In this document: in pieces, positions 9,522 through 19,094 of the stretch
How the letters are laid out: the number at the start of each line of letters is the position of its first letter
How positions within the stretch are numbered: the first letter of the stretch is position 1
From: Longimicrobiales bacterium
GTDB lineage: Bacteria; Gemmatimonadota; Gemmatimonadetes; Longimicrobiales; Gaopeijiaceae
Direction: 5' to 3'
DNA: 64,000 nt
Assembly (NCBI GenBank): GCA_965218295.1
Contig: CBDCKN010000017.1
Coordinates: 76,956-140,955 of the forward strand
The notes under the pieces: generated by a model
Database searches by the model: none
Told to the model about the DNA's origin: nothing
Seen by the model: only the letters and a program-made list of their open reading frames with translations
Translations under genes and position numbers: made by a program

Positions 9522-10250
9522 TCAGAGACGGACGCCGACGTGGATGGCGGCGATCCCGCCGGTCAGGAACCTCCACTCCACATCCCCGAACCCGGACTCG
9601 CGGAGTAGGGCGGCGAGCTCATCGGGCCCAGGAAACTCCTTCACGGACTCGGGGAGATACGTGTAGGCCCATGGGTGACCCGAGACCACACGCCCCACCA
9701 TCGGTAGAATCCTGTAAAAGTAGAAGTGGTACAGGCGACGCAGGAGCGGGTTCGGTGGGTCGGTGAACTCCAAGATCACGAGGCGGGCGCCCGGGCGCAG
9801 GACCCGGGCCAGATCACCGAACCCGACCCGCAGGTCCGAGAGGTTTCGGACACCGAAGCCGACGGTCCCACCGTCGAAGGAGGCATCCGGGAAGGGCAGT
9901 CGGAGCGAGTCGCCGCACACGGGCTGCACCGAGTCACGGAGCTTGCCACGACCCTCCACAAGCATGGGGAACGCGAAGTCGGTCGCGACGACGGCCCCAC
10001 GGAAGCCCGGCTGACGGGCCAGCTCGAGGCTCAGATCGAAAGTCCCGGCGCAGGCATCCAGGAACCGTCCGTCCGAGTGATCCCTCCAACCGAGGAGTTC
10101 TACGGCCTGCCGCCTCCAACGTCGATCGATGTTGAGGCTGAGGACATGGTTCAGGAGATCGTAGCGCGGTGCGATCTCGGAGAAGAGAGTCCGGACCTGG
10201 TCGGCTCTGCCCGCGCCGCGAGACGGCCTGGCTTCGGGGATTGTCGCCAT
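9522..10250 (-). CDS. ubiE: Ubiquinone/menaquinone biosynthesis C-methyltransferase (UbiE/MenG)
   Basis: IAPRYDLLNHVLS...WR, FGVRN, RVLRPG, AYTYLPESV, LTGGIAAIH. Confidence 0.93.
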   Translation of the reverse strand: MATIPEARPSRGAGRADQVRTLFSEIAPRYDLLNHVLSLNIDRRWRRQAVELLGWRDHSDGRFLDACAGTFDLSLELARQPGFRGAVVATDFAFPMLVEGRGKLRDSVQPVCGDSLRLPFPDASFDGGTVGFGVRNLSDLRVGFGDLARVLRPGARLVILEFTDPPNPLLRRLYHFYFYRILPMVGRVVSGHPWAYTYLPESVKEFPGPDELAALLRESGFGDVEWRFLTGGIAAIHVGVRL

Positions 10251-10307
10251 CTAATCGGCGTTTTTGTTAGTTTTTTTGACCCATACGAGTGGTCAGCCGC
10301 GTACCCG

Positions 10308-10335
10308 GGAAACATCCGAAGTTTCCCAACCGTAA
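10308..10335 (+). promoter_or_regulatory. Putative autoregulatory ECF promoter of the sigma gene
   Basis: GGAAAC-N17-CGTAA; overlaps the inverted repeat GGGAAAC-N7-GTTTCCC. Confidence 0.55.
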
Positions 10336-10400
10336 CACGGCTGCGAACTCACGGGGCGCTGTCGCCTCACCGGACCCACTGCTTTTCGGAGCCTCATTAC

Positions 10401-10991
10401 TTGGATTTCCCGGCCCAGACCGACAAAGATCTAGCGGCCCTGGCGGCCGACGGACGGGAGGAGGCCTACGGCGAGCTGCTCAAGCGCTACGAACGGCCGA
10501 TCTTCGCCCTAATCTATCGGATGGTCCGTGACCGATCTCTGGCCGAGGATCTGGCCCAGGAGGCGTTCATCCGGGCGTTCAACGCCATCTCCTCATACGA
10601 TCCGCGCTACAAGTTCAGCAGCTGGATCTTCAAGATCGCCAACAACCACACCATCGATCATCTGCGAAAGCGGAAGCTCGATACCGTCTCCATCCACGGC
10701 TCTCCACACGCCCGCACGGCGCGCGAGGAGGAGCAGACCAGCCTCGTTGTGGAGGCCACCGACGAGAACCCGCACGAATACGTGGAGCATCGCGAGCTCG
10801 GCCACCAGATCGAGCAGGCCATCGGGGAGCTCCGGCCGGAATATCGGACCGCCATCCTGCTCCGGCACGTGGAGGGGTACGCTTACGACGAAATTGCCGA
10901 AATCATGGAGCTACCGCTGGGTACCGTAAAGACGTACTTACACCGCGCCCGCAGCGAGCTGAAGGTCCTCCTCGCACACCTCGCCTCATGA
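10401..10991 (+). CDS. ECF RNA polymerase sigma-70 factor (SigW/RpoE-like)
   Basis: AEDLAQEAF, FSSWIFKIANN..IDHLRK, region 4 YDEIAEIMELPLGTVKTYLHRAR; TTG start inferred. Confidence 0.93.
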   Translation: MDFPAQTDKDLAALAADGREEAYGELLKRYERPIFALIYRMVRDRSLAEDLAQEAFIRAFNAISSYDPRYKFSSWIFKIANNHTIDHLRKRKLDTVSIHGSPHARTAREEEQTSLVVEATDENPHEYVEHRELGHQIEQAIGELRPEYRTAILLRHVEGYAYDEIAEIMELPLGTVKTYLHRARSELKVLLAHLAS

Positions 10992-11002
10992 GGGCTTTTT
11001 CA

Positions 11003-11029
11003 TGAAACTTTCGGGAAGTGCCCCCCGTA
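11003..11029 (+). promoter_or_regulatory. Putative internal ECF (SigW-like) promoter upstream of the anti-sigma gene
   Basis: TGAAAC-N17-CGTA. Confidence 0.55.
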
Positions 11030-11083
11030 GGATCGATTAGGAAAACGACAGGAGTCGATGAAGTGGCAAAGAAGGACGTAGAC

Positions 11084-12037
11084 ATGCATCTGACCGCCGA
11101 GCGGGTTCAGGCGTTTCTGGACGGCGCTCTCCCGGAAGGGGAGAGGGTCCAGGTCGAGGAGCATGCTACGTTCTGTGCGCGCTGTCAGGCCGAGCTGGAC
11201 GCCTGGCAGTTTCTATATTCCGAGTTGAGCGAGCTGCCGGAGCTGGAGCCCTCTGAAGGCTTTGCGCGCCGTGTGTTGGCCGAGCTGGACGTCTCGCCCG
11301 TACCGAACCTGGATGTATTGACGGGACCCGAGGCCTCGGAGGCCCGCAAGTTCGGGTGGCTGCGTCGTCGAACGGCGAGGCTGGCGGAGCACCTCACCCC
11401 CGAGCGCCTGCAAGACTACGTGGAAGGCATCCTTCCCCGGCCGCAGATGACCAGGGTCGAGGCCCATCTCGACGGATGTGGCGCCTGCAGCAGCGAGGCG
11501 GCCGCCTGGAGAGAGTTGGTCCAAGGGATCAAGACCCTGCCCGAGCTGGCTCCGTCCGCAGGGTTCGCGCGGCGGGTCATGGCGCAAGTCCGTATCGGGC
11601 GCCTGGTCCGTGAGCCAGTGGTCGTCTCGACCCACAGCCGCGCCCTGGCATGGGCCGGACGCCTGCTCCCACGTACCCAGAAGGCCTGGGCGGTCATCTC
11701 CGGTGTGGCGGTCACGCCGGCCACCGTCGTGGCCCTCCTGGTCTACGCCGTCTTCTCGAACCCAGCAGTCACACCCGCATACCTGGCGTCCTTCCTCTGG
11801 TGGAAGGTCAGCGGTGGAGTCTCCACCATCGCCGGTGTCCTGGCGGATACCCTGTTTGAAAGCGCCATCATTTTCCAAGCCTATTCAGCCCTGGAGGCCT
11901 TAGCAGGTGCGCCTGCGCTGGCGGCCATGGTCGCCGTGTCTCTCGCCGCGGCGACGAGCCTGTCTGGATGGGTCTTGTATCGGAACCTAGTCCCCACCCA
12001 GACGGTGGATGGTCAGTATGCCAGAGCATCGATTTAG
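11084..12037 (+). CDS. Membrane anti-sigma factor with two tandem zf-HC2 (ZAS) domains
   Basis: HATFCARC and HLDGCGAC (HxxxCxxC) in duplicated modules; C-terminal TM segments; follows the ECF sigma; start may be GTG at 11063. Confidence 0.85.
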   Translation: MHLTAERVQAFLDGALPEGERVQVEEHATFCARCQAELDAWQFLYSELSELPELEPSEGFARRVLAELDVSPVPNLDVLTGPEASEARKFGWLRRRTARLAEHLTPERLQDYVEGILPRPQMTRVEAHLDGCGACSSEAAAWRELVQGIKTLPELAPSAGFARRVMAQVRIGRLVREPVVVSTHSRALAWAGRLLPRTQKAWAVISGVAVTPATVVALLVYAVFSNPAVTPAYLASFLWWKVSGGVSTIAGVLADTLFESAIIFQAYSALEALAGAPALAAMVAVSLAAATSLSGWVLYRNLVPTQTVDGQYARASI

Positions 12038-13700
12038 CCTCAGCCGGTCTCTCGTGCCGGTCCTTCTCCTCGCGTTCCTGCCCGTCGCGGTGACGGGACA
12101 GGTGCGTGAGGTCGTGTCCAACCAGCTCGCCATCTCGCAGCGCGAGGCGGGCCTGGTCCTCGACTTCGTCGACGACGGCGTGCTGGAGATCTCGCTGCGC
12201 GACGGGGTGATCATGGTGGACGACGAGGTCGTGGGAAGCTTCGACCGGGGCGACGCCCTGGACACGGCTTGGCGACTGCTCCTCGGCGAGATCGTCAACC
12301 TCTCGGACGGGCCCCTGGGCCAGGCTCTGCAGGAATGGGCTCCGCCTTCGTCCCTCTCGGGAGATGCCATGGAGGCGGCCCGGCTCCTGGACGAGTCCCT
12401 GGAGCAGGCGTTGCGTCCGCTGGAGTCGAGTGTGCAGGCCGACCCGGAAGCGGAGATCGATCTCAACATTTCGGCGGACCTGGGACTCGGTCTCCGGGCG
12501 CTCCTCAGCCGCACGGAGATCCTGGGTGAGCTCGGACGGGCCCTCGAGGCCATCGATGTGCTGACCTCCGCCATCTACATCGGAGAAGATGTGGTGGTCG
12601 CCGAGGACGAGACCATCGAGGGGACCATCGTCGTCGTAGACGGCGATCTCACGGTGGACGGCACCATCGAGGATGACGTCGTCATCGTCGAGGGCTCCAT
12701 CACGGTCAACGACGGAGGGGATGTCCACGGCGACATCCGGCTGGTGGATTCGCGCTACTTCGGGGTCGACGAGTCGTCCCTCGGGGGACGGGTGATCCGC
12801 GTCGACTCCGACGACGCAGACAGCGGGTCGTCGGTGGACTTGGAGGATCTCGAGGACCGGATCCGAGACGAGATACGGAGCGAGCTCCGTAGCGAGTTCC
12901 GGAATAGCGGGAGGGGCTTCTCACCCTTCCGCGCCGTGGGACGGGGGATCGCCGCCGTCATGGGCGATCTGATCTCCTTCCTCATCGTCTCCCTCATCGC
13001 CCTGAGCGTGATCTACTTCGCCAAGGACAACCTCGAGGTGGTGGCGGACACCGCCCGGCGGAACCCCATGCGTGCAGGGCTGGTGGGGATAGCTGGTGCC
13101 TTCCTGGTCCTTCCGACCTGGCTGCTGGGCTGTGTGGCTCTGGTAGTCTCGATCGTGGGCATCATCGCCCTGCCCTTCTGGCTGATCCTCTTCCCCGTCG
13201 CGGTGGCTCTGGGGGCCGGGCTGGGGTACCTGGCCGTGGCCAGAAACATCGGTGAGTGGGTGGCCGCCAAGGACATAAACGGTCTGGAGTGGCTGCAGCC
13301 CACCAACACCTTCTATGCGGTGGTCACCGGCGTGGGCGCGATTCTGGCCTTCTCCGTGGCCGCCAACGTGCTGGACGTCGTGCCGTTCTTCGGCTTCTTC
13401 AGCGGGCTGCTGGCCGCCCTGGGATCCATGCTCGCCATTGCGGCATTGTTCGTCGGATTCGGTGCCGTGCTGCTGACACGAGGTGGTCGCCAGGCCGAGT
13501 TCTACGACGGTGGTGACCCTTTCGACGACGAGCCGGCCTGGGAGCAAGACGGGTTCTCTGACGATGTGATCGAGGCCGAAGAGGTCGACGAAGAGCCCGA
13601 GGCCGAGGTGGACAGTGAGGACCTGGCAGAGGCCACGGCCGACGTGGCCGATGAAGACTCAGACGAGGTGGGGGAGAACCGGGATGCGGACGATGAATAG
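12018..13700 (+). CDS. Signal-peptide membrane protein with a bactofilin-like beta-helix region
   Basis: Signal peptide; GDLTVDGTIEDDVVIVEGSITVNDGGDVHGDI repeats; several C-terminal TM helices; acidic tail. Confidence 0.6.
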   Translation: MPEHRFSLSRSLVPVLLLAFLPVAVTGQVREVVSNQLAISQREAGLVLDFVDDGVLEISLRDGVIMVDDEVVGSFDRGDALDTAWRLLLGEIVNLSDGPLGQALQEWAPPSSLSGDAMEAARLLDESLEQALRPLESSVQADPEAEIDLNISADLGLGLRALLSRTEILGELGRALEAIDVLTSAIYIGEDVVVAEDETIEGTIVVVDGDLTVDGTIEDDVVIVEGSITVNDGGDVHGDIRLVDSRYFGVDESSLGGRVIRVDSDDADSGSSVDLEDLEDRIRDEIRSELRSEFRNSGRGFSPFRAVGRGIAAVMGDLISFLIVSLIALSVIYFAKDNLEVVADTARRNPMRAGLVGIAGAFLVLPTWLLGCVALVVSIVGIIALPFWLILFPVAVALGAGLGYLAVARNIGEWVAAKDINGLEWLQPTNTFYAVVTGVGAILAFSVAANVLDVVPFFGFFSGLLAALGSMLAIAALFVGFGAVLLTRGGRQAEFYDGGDPFDDEPAWEQDGFSDDVIEAEEVDEEPEAEVDSEDLAEATADVADEDSDEVGENRDADDE

Positions 13701-14538
13701 ACAAGTGACGAGACTTGCGCTGGCCTTGCTGCTGATCGGCGTCGGTGCAGAGCGTGCGCACGGCCAGGACTGGCGCACCGTGACCATGTCACGACAGATC
13801 GAGGACGGGCAGCCGGTGGCCGTGGAGGTGCGGTACGGAGCCGGCCAACTCAGCGTTGGTCCGGCCGAGACCGGCATCCTCTACCGGATGCAGCTCCGAT
13901 ACGATGAAAAGGTCTTCGAGCCGGTGGCCGAGCGTCGTGGCTCTACCCTCCGCCTCGGCACCGAGAGCATCGGACGGAGCTTCAGGATCGGTAGGAACCG
14001 AACGGGTGGCGAGATGGAGCTCGAGCTGGCTCGGGACATTGCCATGGACCTGAGCATGGATTTCGGAGCCGTGAAGGCGAACATCGATCTGGGCGGTCTG
14101 CGTCTCACGGGACTGGACATCGAGACCGGCGCCTCTCAGACACAACTGGTCGTGTCGGAGCCCAATCCGGAGATCATGGACGAGGCGAGCCTCGAGGTGG
14201 GAGCCGCCGAGTTTACGGCCCGTCAGCTGGGGAACCTGAACGCCAGCCGCCTCGAGGTCGACGCGGGCCTCGGTGACATCGATCTCGACTTCACCGGCGA
14301 GTGGCAGAGAGACGCACGAGTCTCCGTAGACATGGGACTCGGCGCCCTGACTCTGCGTTTCCCGAAAGGACTCGGGGTGAGGCTCGTGAAAGACACCTTC
14401 CTGACGTCCCTGGATTCGGAGGGGCTCGTCAAGCGCGGCGATGCGTATTATTCGTTGGACTACGACGAGGCGGACTACCAGGTCACAGCGGATGTCGACG
14501 CCGCCTTCGGTAGCATCCGTGTCCTCTGGGTGCGCTGA
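13693..14538 (+). CDS. Secreted beta-repeat protein (LiaF/DUF2154 toast-rack-like)
   Basis: Signal peptide; repeated (V/M)DxGxGxLxL units such as VRYGAGQL, DAGLGDIDL, DMGLGAL, DAAFGSI. Confidence 0.55.
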   Translation: MNRQVTRLALALLLIGVGAERAHGQDWRTVTMSRQIEDGQPVAVEVRYGAGQLSVGPAETGILYRMQLRYDEKVFEPVAERRGSTLRLGTESIGRSFRIGRNRTGGEMELELARDIAMDLSMDFGAVKANIDLGGLRLTGLDIETGASQTQLVVSEPNPEIMDEASLEVGAAEFTARQLGNLNASRLEVDAGLGDIDLDFTGEWQRDARVSVDMGLGALTLRFPKGLGVRLVKDTFLTSLDSEGLVKRGDAYYSLDYDEADYQVTADVDAAFGSIRVLWVR

Positions 14539-14553
14539 ATAGGAGATAGAGAG

Positions 14554-14787
14554 ATGATCGGTACACTGCTGACCTTCTTCGCCGTCGGACTGGTCACCCA
14601 GGTCGTCGCCGGGATCACGCTGTCGATCTTGGGGACGGTCCTGTCGCTGGGGCTCGGCCTCGCCGCCTTCCTGCTCTTCAAGGTGGCGCCCATCCTTCTA
14701 GTCGGGTGGGTGGTGCTCAAGATCATCGACAAGCGGAAGGGTGGCAGCCTGTCGGCCGCCGACCGTCGCTGGCTGGAAGGCGAATAA
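14554..14787 (+). CDS. Small membrane protein, last gene of the ECF operon
   Basis: 77 aa, mostly hydrophobic, AGGAG RBS upstream. Confidence 0.75.
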   Translation: MIGTLLTFFAVGLVTQVVAGITLSILGTVLSLGLGLAAFLLFKVAPILLVGWVVLKIIDKRKGGSLSAADRRWLEGE

Positions 14788-14843
14788 GGAGCCTGTCGGA
14801 GTAATGGGGCGAGCCGCGTTAGGAGCGCCACGGGACCAGATCC
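14788..14843 (+). mobile_element. Truncated MITE family A-like left end, followed directly by a family B MITE
   Basis: GGAGCCTGTCGGAGTAATGGGGCGAGCCGCGTTAGGAGCGCC shares CGCGTTAGGAGCGCC with the 9243 element and is 28/31 identical to 52390-52420. Confidence 0.65.
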
Positions 14844-15027
14844 TAGTGTTCCGTTGCCGAAGTTCGCGAGCCACCAAGAGGGTCGGGGCGCCGTGGGATC
14901 AAGGCGGGACGACGCGGCGTAGCGCAAGCGGGCACCGCGCGAAGCGTGGTCGCAAGGAGTCCCAACGCCGAGCCCACGGATGCACCGTGCCCTCGACTGG
15001 CCGAGACACTTTGGTTAGGGGACACTA
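14844..15027. mobile_element. MITE family B, long copy (184 bp)
   Basis: Imperfect TIRs TAGTGTTCCGTTGCCGAAGT / ACTTTGGTTAGGGGACACTA; both ends match the reverse complement of 63398-63490. Confidence 0.85.
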
Positions 15028-16137
15028 AGCTCGCACCGTCTCCCCCAGCGCCTCCAGCACGACTTCGGCGATCCCCCTGAGGGCCTGCCCTGCAGCCGAA
15101 TCGGGAGCTGAAACCACCGTCGGGATGCCCTCGTCCCCGGCCGCCCGGACCATGGGGTCCAGGGGGACCCGGCCCAGGACGGGTAGATTCATCTCTTCGG
15201 CCAGGCGCTCGCCCCCCCCGCTCCCGAAGACGTCGATCTCCTCTCCACAGTGGGGGCATACGAGTCCAACCATGTTCTCGACGATCCCCAGAATTCGCGT
15301 GTTCACGCGCTCGAACATCTTTATGCCCCTTCGGACGTCACCGGTGGACACGTCCTGTGGCGTGCTCACCATCACCACACCGGCGATGTCGATGGTCTGG
15401 ACCAGCGAGAGCTGAGCGTCACCGGTTCCCGGCGGCATGTCCACGACCATCACGTCCAAAGCCCCCCAGCTGACCTGCTCGAGGAACTGCTTGAGTATCC
15501 CGGAGACGAGGGGGCCCCGCATGATGGCTGGTTGTTCCTTCTCCAGCAGGAATCCGAGGCTCATGAGGCGCACACCGTGGGCCTCCAGAGGCTCGATCAT
15601 CTCCTGACCCTTGCCTCCGGTCACCGGCGGACGGCGGTCCTCACCGAACATGAGGGGGATGTTGGGCCCGTAGATATCCGCGTCCAGAAGTCCGACGGAC
15701 CGTCCCGAGGCGGCCATGGCCGCCGCCAGGTTCGTGGCCACCATGGACTTGCCCACGCCACCCTTGCCCGAGCTCACCGCGATGACGTGGGACACCTCGG
15801 AGAGGATCCCGGGCTTGGGCGTCGGCGCGGGTACCGACCCCGGCTGGAGGCCGCCAGAAGGTGGTCCTCCTCTTGGGGCCTGACCCGTGGTCTGAGGCAG
15901 TTGGACGTTGATCTTCACGCTACCGACGCTCTTCACAGCCTCCACCGCCCCCCTTGCCTCGCGAACAAGGTCCCCGGGATCGTCACCTTGGAGGACGAAG
16001 GAAAAGCGCACGTCGCCACCGTCGGCCACCTCCACAGACTGGACGTGTCCACTCTCAATGATGTCACGGCCGGTCGTGGGATGGCGTACGCCGGCCAAGG
16101 CCTGGAGCACGGTCTTCCGGAGGTTGTCGTCGCCCAT
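15025..16137 (-). CDS. mrp: Mrp/NBP35 (ApbC) Fe-S cluster carrier ATPase
   Basis: GKGGVGKS, DADIYGP, DMPPGTGD, ENM..CPHC. Confidence 0.95.
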   Translation of the reverse strand: MGDDNLRKTVLQALAGVRHPTTGRDIIESGHVQSVEVADGGDVRFSFVLQGDDPGDLVREARGAVEAVKSVGSVKINVQLPQTTGQAPRGGPPSGGLQPGSVPAPTPKPGILSEVSHVIAVSSGKGGVGKSMVATNLAAAMAASGRSVGLLDADIYGPNIPLMFGEDRRPPVTGGKGQEMIEPLEAHGVRLMSLGFLLEKEQPAIMRGPLVSGILKQFLEQVSWGALDVMVVDMPPGTGDAQLSLVQTIDIAGVVMVSTPQDVSTGDVRRGIKMFERVNTRILGIVENMVGLVCPHCGEEIDVFGSGGGERLAEEMNLPVLGRVPLDPMVRAAGDEGIPTVVSAPDSAAGQALRGIAEVVLEALGETVRA

Positions 16138-16196
16138 TTCCGCTCCCGAACGGTACACAGGGCATGCTCACTCATCGCCATGAGCCTCATGACCCC

Positions 16197-16231
16197 AAAA
16201 AAAGGGGCGCCCCCGGGGTCTCCGGGACGCC
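16197..16231 (-). terminator. Putative intrinsic terminator between the nifU-like gene and mrp
   Basis: Minus strand GGCGTCCCGGAGACCCCGGGGGCGCC hairpin, then CC and a T run. Confidence 0.55.
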
Positions 16232-16275
16232 GGCACGGGGTCTTGGCCAAGGCAGGCCCTGCCCGTTTCTTCGTT

Positions 16276-16512
16276 TTAGACTGCCTGGACCTCGGTCACA
16301 CCCGGGACGCTGCCCTTGAGGCGACGCTCGATCCCCTCTTTCAGGGTCATCAGGGAGATGGGACAGGCCTCGCAGGCCCCCAACAGACGCAACTCCACAA
16401 CACCATCCACCTCGTCGAAGCCCAGGAACTCCAGATCCCCGCCATCCGCCCACAGTGCCGGACGGATCGACTCCAGGACTTCCTCGATTCTTGCTTCCGC
16501 CGTCTTCGGCAT
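16276..16512 (-). CDS. NifU C-terminal/Nfu-type Fe-S carrier protein
   Basis: IRPAL.ADGGD...GACEACPIS.MTLK.GIE (CxxC), 78 aa. Confidence 0.93.
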   Translation of the reverse strand: MPKTAEARIEEVLESIRPALWADGGDLEFLGFDEVDGVVELRLLGACEACPISLMTLKEGIERRLKGSVPGVTEVQAV

Positions 16513-16550
16513 GCGATTGCGTCCCGTGCCACGCTGCCTCGAACCGAGAA

Positions 16551-16580
16551 AATCTACGAATATTTTATTGCATGAGTCAA
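16551..16580 (-). promoter_or_regulatory. Putative sigma70 promoter for the nifU-like gene
   Basis: TTGACT-N18-TAGATT in an AT-rich divergent intergenic region. Confidence 0.4.
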
Positions 16581-16704
16581 CATGACCGTTGTTATATTCC
16601 GTGAAGGTTCCGTTAAAGGGTCGAAAACGGAGATTCGTAAACATATGTTTCCGTCGTCTGCCGGGTCCAGAGGCAGACCGCGGGGATAACTGCTGAGAGG
16701 CTGC

Positions 16705-19094
16705 ATGCACGAAGACACGACGTCCCTTGCCCCCTTCGAGTCTGAGCTGTCGGGTGCCTCGCCCCACATCTCGGACTACTGGCACGTCATCACCCGTCGC
16801 CTGTGGCTCGTGCTCCTCATTTTCGGAGTGACGACCGCTTCGGCCATCTGGGCGGTATCCAAGCAGCGGACAATCTACGAGACGAGAGCCACCCTCCAGA
16901 TCAACGATCCGCTCGAGGTGACCCGACAGCTTACGGTCCCCAGGGGGGTGTCGCGAATGAGCATCTTCGTGGATCCCATCGAGTCGGAGATTCAGGTGCT
17001 GGCCTCGGCCCAGGTGGCCCGCAGCGTGGTGCACCACGTGGGTATGCGGCTGCGTCCCGAGAATCCGAATCTCGTACGCTCCGATCTCTTCGTGGACGCC
17101 TGGATCGACCCGGAGGCGCCCGACGGTGTCCTTGATCTCGTCTACGACGTGGACGGCACCGAGGCGCAGATCTTCGACGGTACCGGGTACTTCGTCGCGG
17201 CCGGCCCCGTGGGCACGGAGCTCGACGGCGGTTGGCTTAGGCTGAGGACGCAGCTTCCACCCGGAGAAGCTCGCCGGTACCGCCTGGTGATCCATCCGGC
17301 ATCGGGAGTCCAAGGTGAGGTTCAGGGACGAGTCGCGGCGGCAACCCTGGAATCGACGAACATCATCCAGGTGAGCTACCGGAGTCCCGATCCCATCCTG
17401 GCACCGAAGATCTTGAACGGGGCCACGGTCGCACTACAGAGCTTCGGAGAGGCTCGAGTCCGGCAGCAGGCTGAGCGCGATCTGGCGTTCATCGAGCAGC
17501 GTCTCGACAGCGCCCTGTCTCAGCTCCAGAGCTCGTCCCGGGCGATTCGGCGCTTCAAGGAGAGCGCCTCGTTCACCACCCTGACCATCCAGGAGCAGCA
17601 GCTCCTGAATCGCTACCAGCGCACCGACGACCGAATGCAGGAGCGGTCGCCCAGCTGGACGCCCTCCACGGGATCACGGTGAGCTTGGAGACGACCGGCC
17701 TCGGGGGCGTGGACCTCGTAGCCTTCATGGCGGTGCTGCCCGCCGGAGTGAATCCGCAGATCCGCGGCCTCGCCGACGAAGTACAGGACCGCAAGAACCT
17801 GGTCCAGACGCTTCTGACCGAGGAGCGGAAGACTGAGGATCATCCACAGGTGAGGGCGGTGCGGGCCCAGCTCCAGGCAAAGGAGGCCGAACTCAGAACC
17901 GCAGTCGATGAGAACCTGGGCGTCCTCGACACCCAAATAGCGGACCAGCAGGCCCAGCTCAACCAGATTCGGGCCGACCAGGCGAACTTCCCCGAGCTCG
18001 AGAACCGGCTCGAGGAGCTGAACATCCAGCTCGGACTCGACCAGGAGACCGTGCGCTTTCTCAAGTCCCAGCAGTACCAGGGGGAGATCACCGCCGCGGG
18101 TGCGTCGGCCTATGTCGCCGTCGTCGACTCGGCCGACAGCGTGAGCCCGGTGACGACTGGCGGACGGACCAATCTTCTCCTCGGCGCGCTCCTGGGGCTG
18201 ATCCTCGGGGTTGGGGCGGCGTTCTTCCTCGAGTATCTCGACCGTACGGTCCGCACCAGCGCAGACGTCGAGACACTCCTCAGTATTCCGGTCCTCGGCA
18301 TCATACCGCGGCTCCGGAAGCTCAGGCCCGAGTCGGAAGAGGACGACGGCCACGGCGCCCTTCCCCTCATGGTGGCACTGGATCCTCTCGATCCGGCCGC
18401 CGAGGCGTACCGCAACCTGCGCATGAACCTGATGTTCATGAGCACCGACGACGAGCCCATCCGGACCCTGCTCTTCTCGAGCCCAGGCCCCAACGAAGGC
18501 AAGTCCACAACTGCGATCAACTTCGCCGTCATGCTGGCGCAACAGGGGCAGCGTGTGCTGCTCATCGACGCGGACCTGCGTCGCCCCGCTCTGCACCGGG
18601 CCATGGACGTGCTCCGGGAGCCGGGGCTAACCAACCTGATGGTGGGAGACGCGGAGTTGCGCGAGGCTGTTCGGCCCAACGTCCTCCCGAACCTGGATCT
18701 ACTACCCAGCGGGCCTTTCCCGCCCAACCCATCCGAACTCCTCAACTCCAAGACCATGCAGCGTCTTCTGGAGGAGTTCGAAGGGAAGTACAGCCACGTC
18801 ATCCTGGATACGCCACCCATCCTCGCCGTCACCGACTCGGCGGTTCTGGGCGTCCACACCGATGGTGTCGTTCTCGTGCTGCGGTCTGGAGAGACTGAGC
18901 AACGGGCAGCCGAGCGGGCCGTGGATCAGCTCCGAAGGGTCGGCGTGAGGGTCTTCGGGGCGGTGCTGAACGAGGTGTCCTCCGCCACCGTGGAGGAGAG
19001 CTACTATATGCAGTATTACTACAGCTACCATCCACGCCAGGATGGTGGACTCAAGAAGCTGGCCAAGGGGCTACAGAAGGCGAAGATCTGGTAG
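16705..19094 (+). pseudogene. wzc: Wzc-like polysaccharide co-polymerase/BY-kinase, split by a frameshift near 17643
   Basis: N-terminal Wzz-like ORF 16705-17682 plus ORF 17679-19094 with AEAYRNLR, Walker A GPNEGKST, DADLRRP, DTPP and a C-terminal Tyr cluster (YYMQYYYSY). Confidence 0.8.

Noticed and set aside
9726..10400. N-terminal extension of the sigma factor ORF (421 aa)
   Set aside because: It is antisense to ubiE and spans the promoter; sigma homology begins near 10401
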